Source: a virus
Taxonomy: Duplodnaviria > Heunggongvirae > Uroviricota > Caudoviricetes
Virus record (IMG/VR): IMGVR_UViG_2541047968_000004
Strand: one strand, 5' to 3'
Length of the DNA: 8,225 nucleotides
Shown here: positions 1 through 6,789 of the stretch, piece by piece
How the letters are laid out: the number at the start of each line of letters is the position of its first letter
Numbering within the stretch: position 1 is the stretch's first letter
The notes under the pieces: generated by a model
What the model was told of the DNA's origin: nothing
Database searches by the model: none
What the model saw: the letters and a program-made list of their open reading frames with translations, nothing else
Program-made: the position numbers and the translations under genes

Positions 1-92
1 TCGATTGTGATGCCAAACTGTGATCGGAGATGGATGCCAAATCATGATCGATTCGAATGCCAAACTGCGATCGATTCAGATGCCATTTTGCA
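1..92. repeat. Tandem direct repeat array, ~23-24-bp unit, at least 4 copies, truncated by the window start
   Basis: Read directly: units at about 9-28 (GATGCCAAACTGTGATCGGA), 33-54 (GATGCCAAATCATGATCGATTC), 56-77 (AATGCCAAACTGCGATCGATTC) and 79-90 (GATGCCATTTTG, degenerate); bases 1-8 (tcgattgt) look like the tail of another unit. GATC occurs at 22-25, 46-49 and 69-72, i.e. 24 and 23 bp apart. The array overlaps the last ~17 codons of the 42..482 ORF. Confidence 0.6.
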
Positions 93-482
93 GTATCCCA
101 CCACGGTATAACGCAGCAGAACATTCAGGGTACCGGTCGCAGCAGCTGTCTTAATGGTGACCGTAACCAGCTCTCCATCACTCTGTGTGGTGTACGGCTC
201 CACTGGCACATATTTAGCAAAGCTGGCAGTTACTGCACCACTGTCACCAATGAGCTCATGCTTGCCAGATTTAACGCTGACGGTCGCCGTACCACCAAGA
301 CCACCTTTTGAAATCAGTTGGATCCCATTAATGCGAACGCCAGTCGGCAGTGAGAGAAGATTAATAACGGTTTCCTGTTCGGCAGCATTCACTGTAAACA
401 CACCTTCTGCCACCGACTCATTACCATGCGTACCTGAATAAACCCGCTCACTCAGTGACGGAGCAAGGATAGTCTTTGCCAT
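42..482 (-). CDS. Hypothetical protein, 146 aa; possible head-associated or decoration protein (by position only)
   Basis: ATG at 482-480 preceded by AGGAG with a 9-nt spacer (minus strand CAGGAGTCATTAATTATG). It follows the putative capsid gene and its terminator in the same orientation. The translation is rich in G/T/V/S, which suggests a beta-rich fold. No motif recognised; function is a guess from gene order. Confidence 0.55.
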   Translation of the reverse strand: MAKTILAPSLSERVYSGTHGNESVAEGVFTVNAAEQETVINLLSLPTGVRINGIQLISKGGLGGTATVSVKSGKHELIGDSGAVTASFAKYVPVEPYTTQSDGELVTVTIKTAAATGTLNVLLRYTVVGYCKMASESIAVWHSNRS

Positions 483-497
483 AATTAATGACTCCTG

Positions 498-520
498 AAA
501 AAGCCGGGCGATAACCCGGC
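498..520 (-). terminator. Putative rho-independent terminator downstream of the major capsid gene
   Basis: Minus strand reads GCCGGG-TTATCG-CCCGGC followed by TTTTT (plus-strand stem halves 503-508 and 515-520, A-run 498-502). It sits 17 nt after the capsid stop and immediately before the RBS of the 146-aa ORF. Confidence 0.55.
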
Positions 521-536
521 ATGGGGAAAGGAAAAA

Positions 537-1751
537 TCACAGCTTCACTGCGGTATCAACGGCAATAACACCGTGATCCTGCATCTTGCCGCTCTTCTCG
601 GGGAAACGGATTTTTTTCAGACCGTTGATCCAGCTGATTGCTATCTCAGTACGGTTATCCATATCCGTTTTCTTCTCAACCATGTTGAAGTGGCCGCCGC
701 CCTTCTGGCCGTACGCATTCGCCAGCGCCTGAGCCCCCAGCAGCATGGCACGGTCGATGTTGGTCTTGGCCTGCTTCTCCTCTGTGGTTGCTGCCATATC
801 GTTTTTCGATACAAGGACCTTTGAGTCCTTATAGAAACGGATCGGCATCCCCGCATACTTACGGACCAGAATATTGCGCCACATCGCACATTCGCCTTTG
901 AACAGCGGATGGTTAAACCCTTTTGAGCGGTTTACGGCACGCGTCATCATCTGGTTCCAGTCCTTGCCGGACGTGGAGGTGTACCAGTCATTCCACTGAC
1001 GCGGCGTGACGTAGAGGACGTAATACGGATCTTCGCCATACAGCTCATCACCGGACAGGCGTACCGGTTGTAACGGATGAGCCATCTCGTCAATAAACAA
1101 CGAGAGATTATCGACCAGCGCAAGAGTGAACAGGTCAGACTGGTCAATACTCTCAAAACTCGTCGCATCCCCACCGAAAAAATGACGATCATGCGTCGGC
1201 GGCAGTACGTCGTTGATCATGATTTTTTTGAATTCAGGGTGATCTGCCGTTGGCAGAATGGTGTCATCAGCAACAAAATCACCGCGGGCACCGGCAAGAT
1301 GCACTATCGCACACTGGTCCTGCAGGTCGTTAAAGTACGTACCCAGCAGCGTTCTGGCAGAGGATGCCAGGTTGAACTTCGTACGCTGCTGGCTCATACG
1401 TCCGCCCGCATCCACCAGGTGACGGCCCTGATTAATTTTCAGGGAAAAATCAGCATGGCTGAGGTCTTCACCACGGCCTTCAACGCGCTCATCCCCCATC
1501 GTCGGACGTTTAGAGAGTTTGTGCATGATGCTGAATGTCACTTCATCACCGGCCTGTTTGTTGAGGTCCGTGATTCGCACAACCGGTGCACCGGCACTGG
1601 TCTGCTTCGTGCTTTTCTTGTCAGGCGAAACTGCTTTTGGTGCATCCTGCTGTTCAGTGAGTATATTCACCATTGAGCGGTTGCGGTTGGCAGCCGTGAA
1701 AAGCGCCACCTGATACAGCTTATTCGCCTGGGCTGTTGTTACTGTGGTCAT
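537..1751 (-). CDS. Putative major capsid (coat) protein, 404 aa
   Basis: ATG at 1751-1749 preceded by AAGGAG (minus strand TAACCACTGAAGGAGTACTGACGTAATG), 22 nt after the scaffold stop. The position after portal and scaffold matches the usual terS-terL-portal-scaffold-coat order of P22-like and many lambdoid head modules. A terminator directly downstream fits a highly expressed coat gene. Identity not confirmed by any motif. Confidence 0.7.
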   Translation of the reverse strand: MTTVTTAQANKLYQVALFTAANRNRSMVNILTEQQDAPKAVSPDKKSTKQTSAGAPVVRITDLNKQAGDEVTFSIMHKLSKRPTMGDERVEGRGEDLSHADFSLKINQGRHLVDAGGRMSQQRTKFNLASSARTLLGTYFNDLQDQCAIVHLAGARGDFVADDTILPTADHPEFKKIMINDVLPPTHDRHFFGGDATSFESIDQSDLFTLALVDNLSLFIDEMAHPLQPVRLSGDELYGEDPYYVLYVTPRQWNDWYTSTSGKDWNQMMTRAVNRSKGFNHPLFKGECAMWRNILVRKYAGMPIRFYKDSKVLVSKNDMAATTEEKQAKTNIDRAMLLGAQALANAYGQKGGGHFNMVEKKTDMDNRTEIAISWINGLKKIRFPEKSGKMQDHGVIAVDTAVKL

Positions 1752-1773
1752 TACGTCAGTACTCCTTCAGTGG

Positions 1774-2781
1774 TTACCCGAGTTTTTCCAGAATCGCGTC
1801 AATTTCAGCGTCCGTCATGCCTCGCATGGCGGCTTCAATTTCGGTATGGGAAGCACCAAGTAACCGTTCAAAATTATCACCGGTTCCGACGGAAGCCGTG
1901 TTGCCAAGCTCTGACGGGGAAGCAGGCACTGCCATCTCCCGTTCAGCGGCTTTCACTTTTTCTTCCGCCGTTTTCCGGATATCCGTGTTGTCTGCCTTGT
2001 CATCAGAAGGCGGCTCACTGGCTTCACCGAAAGCGAGCTGCGTACGGCGGGCCACTTCGGCGAAACGTTCAGTGAGCGGTTTGTCTTTCCATGCGGGGTC
2101 ATTCTGGAGCTTCCCGTCGATGGATACGGCAACCGAGAAGCGATCCGGATCGGAGTTCTGCCACGTTTTCAGCACCGGCACGGCATTCATCGCATCAAGA
2201 ACCGGTGATAAATCCTCACCACCATGACCTTCTGCCTGCTGTGCTGATTGCTGAACACGGGACTGGAGATAGTTATTTTTACGGATGAGCGAAGCCACCG
2301 CGTCACCAATTTCCGGATACATCTCCCTGATACGGGCAATCTTCTCATCAGAGATTTTTTCGTTTTCCGGTAACGGTGCGGGTTTCATACCGGCCTGGTG
2401 GATCTGAGACGTCAGCAGTTCAACCAGGCGTTTTTCTTCGGCTATCTGTCCCCGAAGAAGTGCGGCTTCCTGTTCGGCCCGCTGCTTACCGGAACGTTCA
2501 GCCTCAAGGACTTCATAGGGAATGACGTGTTTACCATCGCGGGTGAGCACACCCTTCGCCTCCGGCTCCTTCACGTCCTGCGTCTGCTCAGCACTGGCAT
2601 CCGGCGTCGGTGCCGCAGTGTTATCGCCCGTCTGTGTCTGTGCTGCCTCATCCGCATGATTTTCTGTGGCGGCCTCTGTCACGCAGTCCTGTTCGTGACC
2701 GTCAATATCCACATCTCCAAGCCCTTCCAGCATTTTTTCCAGTTGTTCCGGGGTTTCTTCACCCGTAAATTCAAAATCCAT
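1774..2781 (-). CDS. Putative scaffolding protein, 335 aa
   Basis: ATG at 2781-2779 preceded by GGAG with a 6-nt spacer (minus strand GCGGAGTTATTTATG). The protein is strongly acidic (MDFEFTGEETPEQLEKMLEGLGDVDIDGHEQD...) with long E/A/K/Q-rich stretches that look helical. It sits between portal and capsid. Assignment is by composition and position only. Confidence 0.6.
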   Translation of the reverse strand: MDFEFTGEETPEQLEKMLEGLGDVDIDGHEQDCVTEAATENHADEAAQTQTGDNTAAPTPDASAEQTQDVKEPEAKGVLTRDGKHVIPYEVLEAERSGKQRAEQEAALLRGQIAEEKRLVELLTSQIHQAGMKPAPLPENEKISDEKIARIREMYPEIGDAVASLIRKNNYLQSRVQQSAQQAEGHGGEDLSPVLDAMNAVPVLKTWQNSDPDRFSVAVSIDGKLQNDPAWKDKPLTERFAEVARRTQLAFGEASEPPSDDKADNTDIRKTAEEKVKAAEREMAVPASPSELGNTASVGTGDNFERLLGASHTEIEAAMRGMTDAEIDAILEKLG

Positions 2782-2890
2782 AAATAACTCCGCATGGTCT
2801 GTTTATCGGACAGATCCGAATGGTTGAGTAAATAAGGCTTATCGCTGCCCCCGCGAATAAGCGCACCGCTCCCGGAACGCTTATCTCCGG

Positions 2891-2920
2891 AAACAAAAAA
2901 CCCCGTACGATGACGGGGTT
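2891..2920 (-). terminator. Putative rho-independent terminator between portal and scaffold genes
   Basis: Minus strand reads AACCCCGT-CATCGT-ACGGGGTT followed by TTTTTTGTTT (plus-strand stem 2901-2906 / 2913-2918, with flanking A/T pairs extending it to about 8 bp). It lies about 20 nt after the portal stop. On the plus strand the U-tract is weaker, so it is mainly a minus-strand terminator. Confidence 0.65.
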
Positions 2921-2938
2921 CCGTTAAGTTCAGGATTT

Positions 2939-5083
2939 TCAGAGCGGCATTTCATGCATCCGCTGTTGTAGTGTATGCAGCATCTGTTGCTGAAGAACTT
3001 CCTGCTCCTGTTCCATATTCTGTATGCCGGTAATGATTTCTGCCGTATGTGCCTGGTTAAGCGCATCCACATAACGCTGTCCCTGTGCCGCGGCGACATC
3101 CCGTTGTGCGCCAGCATTATCCCGTTGCGCAGCCGCGCGTGCCCTGGCAGCTTCTGCTTCCAGTTTAGCCACCCGGCCTGTCATTTCGCGCATCTGAAGT
3201 TCTGCCTGCTGTTGCTCCAGCGCCTGCTGTTGTGCTGCCGCTTCCTGCTCTTCCGGAGTCATCTCATCCGGTGATTTTGGCGTCCCCAGCGCCGCACGAA
3301 TACGTTCGACAAATTCCTGTTTCTGCGGCACATCCAGAAGATTAACCCACAGATCGAGCACAACAGCCTGCACCTGAGGCGGCAGCCCCTGAATAACCTC
3401 TGACATTCTCTGTGCAAGCTGTGCCTTAAACGCCGGTGTCTGCTGAACAGGAGCCAGCGCAATATGTGTATTTAACCTTGAAATATCATTGGTCAGTTCA
3501 CCATTATCACCTTCAGCATTGAGGACAATGGTCTGGCGACGCTGACGATCATCGCGATTAATCACCACCGCATGATTACGCCGCTTTTTCAGGTCATCAA
3601 GAAGATAAGCGAGCAACAGCCTTCCCACCTGCTGGCAGGCAAACTGGTAGTTATCGTTGATTTCGGCAAGGGTTGTGGCTCCCTGCTCCACCAGGTTGCT
3701 GATCGCCACGCCGGACGATGCATTTGAATCCTGCCCGAGAAATGCGGAATAAACCCCCATCGTGTCCTGGATAAGTTTTTCCGACTCCTGCATGACCTGA
3801 AACTGCTGGCTGGCAACCTGAAAATCCTGTTCAACCCGGAAAACATCAGCAACGCTTTTCTGATTTTTTCGGGCCGGATTCAGTTTAATAATGCCATCCG
3901 GACGCTCGATCTGCTCCATCAGATCGTTGTCTGACAACTGGGTGGCATCCTCGTCCATAATCACGCGTTTGGCCTGAAGCAACCACGTCAGTTTTATACG
4001 ACGAAAATTCACCTCATCCTGTGCCGGAATGGCCCGGGAAATCAGCCCGTAAGGCTCCCCGGTTTTATCCTTCCGGTATCCCCAGAAGGGAACCAGCGGG
4101 AACATCCCCTGCGGCGCACTGCAGGGGCGATCCACAATAAAGTGCGGTCCCACAAACCAGGCTTCACGAATACGACTTACCCGCCCGACTCTCACCTGCA
4201 CCCGCCCGGATGCCACAGCCACCGCATGCATCAGATTATTTTTATCAAAGGCCACCACCCGTCCATTACTGAGTTCAATCACCGGAAGACGCTCGAATGT
4301 ACGGTAATAAACCACCTGAAGCAGCACACGACGGCGTTCACGCTGAAGCCATTCGTTCTGCTGTCGATCCCATGACTGATACTCTTCCCATGCACTCATC
4401 AACGGACTGGGCTGGCCTTCAGTAACCGTGGTATCGACAAAACCACGCCAGTCATCAATGGCATAATCGATAACCTGAGCCATTCCCGGAAATGTGGCTT
4501 TTGCCTCATCGGTATCCATCCAGCGGCGGCGCATCAGCCAGCGGCAGTCACTTAAATCAGCCTCCCGGCTGAGCCAGTCCCAGAACACTTCATTCCGGCT
4601 GACAGTAGACACCTTAAACTCAGGCCCGAACGGATCGCTGTTCCGTCTGACCTCCACCCAGCTGAGCCCCGCTTTGATTTGTTCCGCATAGGCATCAGAA
4701 CGGGCTTTATTCATATTTCCAAGGCGGCAAGCATCGGCAAATTCAGCATTAATAGCTTCAGCCAGTTTTTCTGTTTCATCATCAGGATCATCTGATATCA
4801 CCAACAGATCAGTCCGCGTTTTGGCCTCCATACCCAGAACACCATCAACGGTAGGCGCGATGAGGTTATGGATGGTCATCGGCTGACCGCGATCTTTCAA
4901 CACCTGGAGAACTTCCAGTGGCAACTGGTCACCATCGTAATACGCACAGGCCTTGTTTGCGGCATCGCGCCATTTAGGCTGACTGTCAATATCAGAACAA
5001 AGCGCCTGTAACTGGCGCTGAGAAAAACGCGGCGTGGCTCCGTTGTCGTTTTTCGTCGCCATGGTATTAGTTTCATTTTTCAT
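2939..5083 (-). CDS. Portal protein, 714 aa
   Basis: Its ATG (5083-5081) overlaps the terL stop (5085-5083) as TGATG, indicating translational coupling. Size (~700 aa) and the Q/A/E-rich, probably coiled-coil C-terminal ~110 aa recall the C-terminal helical barrel of large P22-type portals. Position directly after terL supports the call. No search was run. Confidence 0.8.
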   Translation of the reverse strand: MKNETNTMATKNDNGATPRFSQRQLQALCSDIDSQPKWRDAANKACAYYDGDQLPLEVLQVLKDRGQPMTIHNLIAPTVDGVLGMEAKTRTDLLVISDDPDDETEKLAEAINAEFADACRLGNMNKARSDAYAEQIKAGLSWVEVRRNSDPFGPEFKVSTVSRNEVFWDWLSREADLSDCRWLMRRRWMDTDEAKATFPGMAQVIDYAIDDWRGFVDTTVTEGQPSPLMSAWEEYQSWDRQQNEWLQRERRRVLLQVVYYRTFERLPVIELSNGRVVAFDKNNLMHAVAVASGRVQVRVGRVSRIREAWFVGPHFIVDRPCSAPQGMFPLVPFWGYRKDKTGEPYGLISRAIPAQDEVNFRRIKLTWLLQAKRVIMDEDATQLSDNDLMEQIERPDGIIKLNPARKNQKSVADVFRVEQDFQVASQQFQVMQESEKLIQDTMGVYSAFLGQDSNASSGVAISNLVEQGATTLAEINDNYQFACQQVGRLLLAYLLDDLKKRRNHAVVINRDDRQRRQTIVLNAEGDNGELTNDISRLNTHIALAPVQQTPAFKAQLAQRMSEVIQGLPPQVQAVVLDLWVNLLDVPQKQEFVERIRAALGTPKSPDEMTPEEQEAAAQQQALEQQQAELQMREMTGRVAKLEAEAARARAAAQRDNAGAQRDVAAAQGQRYVDALNQAHTAEIITGIQNMEQEQEVLQQQMLHTLQQRMHEMPL

Positions 5084-6789
5084 CAGTGAGCCATCCAGTG
5101 TGTGGTTCTGCGTTTATCCGTTTTCTGTTTTACCCTCACCGGCATTCTGGCGCGCATCTCCTGGGCAATCATGTAGCTCATAAGCTGATCATCAAAACAG
5201 CCTTCCTGTGCATTCATGGAGCCTTTCGCGTCATAAACGTAGGTGTTCATTTCTGATAATGTGCCCGACCAGCGGATCCCCGACAGGCCGTTATTCAGCA
5301 GCGTTTTCATTCCCTCTGTCAGGACCGGTTTACTCTGGCGGGTTGTCAGCCAGCCAAGACGGGGCGTATCGTCGTCATATGCCTGGTCAAGGTGCTGTTC
5401 GTTGTAGATATAACGCGTCGGATAGAGTTCCCTGAGTTTCAGGATAACGGCATGTCCGTGATTGTTACGCTCCGGCCCCACAAACGCATTGTTGTACATA
5501 CGGCAGACCTGCGCAATGAGATGAGCGAAAAGCTCCGCATCGAGATGACCAAACCAGTGAGCCACCTGCTCACCATTACTGCATCTGATGATATCCAGCG
5601 ATGAGCGGTCTCCGTGCTCCAGCCCCTCAGCGGTATCCGCTCCGCATACATACTCTTCATCCGGATCCGGCAGCTCCCAGACCAGCAGATAATTCATCAG
5701 CGTCCGGTGCTGTTCGGCTTTATTCCCGTCACGCAGAGACTGCGCTTTGGTCTTCGTTCCTGTAACCGGTTCAATGTCATAAACAATCAGCGGTGGCGAA
5801 CAGAATGACTCTGCCTGCAGCGTGCTTTCCGCACTGAACACCCGTCGTCCTGACGTCAGAAACGCCTCCTGTGGCGTTGAGGGAAATTCCTGCTTCATTT
5901 CCTCACGCTGTTCAGTTTCCTTGCAGATGTACCAGTGTTTCTGCTCATCGGTAAGCGTGATGTTCATTGCTTTTTCAACCGCAGAAAAATACGCTGTTTT
6001 TTCCCGTGACAGCTTAAGTCCGCTTTCCGGCACTCTGGCGCTGTATTTGAGATCCTGCCACCAGGCGTAAAAATGGAATTTATAATCCTGTGGCGTCAGC
6101 GCCAGCCCTGATGCAGTGATTTCCTGTGCCCGGTTACTCATCTCGTAAAAATCGCCACCCACACCTTCAGCAGTGGATTCATCAAAAATAATGCACTCAT
6201 CAGAGACGGCATTAAGTGTACCGGTTCGCAGTTCTTTCGCCTTAGCCGGATATTTTGCGCAAATTTTGCCGTGCTCTGAGATATGCAGGCGCTGCACCGT
6301 ACCTGAACGGAATGAGGTTGCCACCTGGATACTCGAGCCGTGACCAAACAGGATATAGCCACCGCTGGCTCCGCTACGACGTTCAACGATGGTGAATGAG
6401 GCTCTCAGCCAGTCAGGAAGATGATCAAACGGTACAGCAATTTTGGTGCGGAAAATTTCACTGGCAGCCTGTTTATCCTGAGCGACAATCCCGCATTTGA
6501 GATGCGGTATGAATAATGCCTGGTCGAGAAGATAAATATCAATGGCCGTGGAAAACCCCAGCTGGCGTGCTTTCAGGATAATATTTTTATTGTGCATGCT
6601 CCGGAACAACTGGCGCTGCGCCGGTCGCATTCTGAAGGTGACCAGCTCACCTTTTTCGTTCTGTATCTTGTAGAGATGATTGAGCCGCCACCAGGGATTG
6701 CTCAGTTTAGTCATGATGAACAGACGTTGTTCGGTCCCGGTCATTTCTGACGGTTCATCACATCGCGGTTCATTCTTCCGGAATGTCAT
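5083..6789 (-). CDS. terL: Terminase large subunit, 568 aa
   Basis: Verified in the translation: deviant Walker A KARQLGFST at aa 73-81 (nt 6547-6573), which resembles the lambda gpA N-terminal P-loop KSARVGYSK as I recall it; Walker B IIFDE at aa 200-204 (nt 6178-6192); Asp-containing C-terminal segment VCGADTAEG consistent with an RNase-H-like nuclease domain. ATG at 6789 is preceded by GGGGAG (minus strand AATTCGGGGAGACTGGATG) and overlaps the upstream ORF by 20 nt. Alternative in-frame starts exist at 6744 and 6714. Confidence 0.9.
   Translation of the reverse strand: MTFRKNEPRCDEPSEMTGTEQRLFIMTKLSNPWWRLNHLYKIQNEKGELVTFRMRPAQRQLFRSMHNKNIILKARQLGFSTAIDIYLLDQALFIPHLKCGIVAQDKQAASEIFRTKIAVPFDHLPDWLRASFTIVERRSGASGGYILFGHGSSIQVATSFRSGTVQRLHISEHGKICAKYPAKAKELRTGTLNAVSDECIIFDESTAEGVGGDFYEMSNRAQEITASGLALTPQDYKFHFYAWWQDLKYSARVPESGLKLSREKTAYFSAVEKAMNITLTDEQKHWYICKETEQREEMKQEFPSTPQEAFLTSGRRVFSAESTLQAESFCSPPLIVYDIEPVTGTKTKAQSLRDGNKAEQHRTLMNYLLVWELPDPDEEYVCGADTAEGLEHGDRSSLDIIRCSNGEQVAHWFGHLDAELFAHLIAQVCRMYNNAFVGPERNNHGHAVILKLRELYPTRYIYNEQHLDQAYDDDTPRLGWLTTRQSKPVLTEGMKTLLNNGLSGIRWSGTLSEMNTYVYDAKGSMNAQEGCFDDQLMSYMIAQEMRARMPVRVKQKTDKRRTTHWMAH

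Noticed and set aside
48-60. tRNA-like T-loop (TTCGAAT) hit
   Set aside because: The match is part of the tandem repeat unit and has no flanking acceptor or anticodon stem complementarity.
1-92. CRISPR array interpretation of the tandem repeats
   Set aside because: The units are contiguous with no spacers, and the 23-24-bp period is a simple tandem repeat, not a repeat-spacer architecture.
1077-1676. 199-aa plus-strand ORF
   Set aside because: It is entirely antisense to the putative capsid gene, has no recognisable RBS or motif, and its composition is typical of a reverse-frame read of GC-rich coding sequence.
1736-2787. Plus-strand ORFs 1736..2227, 1770..2075, 2091..2288 and 2398..2787
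   Set aside because: All are antisense to the scaffold gene, with no start-site signals. They are most likely chance open frames.
2881-3117. 78-aa minus-strand ORF
   Set aside because: It overlaps the 3' end of the portal gene in another frame and runs through the terminator hairpin, which is implausible for a gene.
2975-4691. Plus- and minus-strand short ORFs inside the portal gene (2975..3274, 3259..3462, 3589..3852, 4142..4375, 4494..4691)
   Set aside because: They are nested in, or antisense to, a long well-supported CDS; their translations are low-complexity and C/R/H-rich, typical of off-frame reads.
5208-6386. Short ORFs inside terL on both strands
   Set aside because: They are nested in a CDS that is supported by Walker A and B motifs, and have no independent support.
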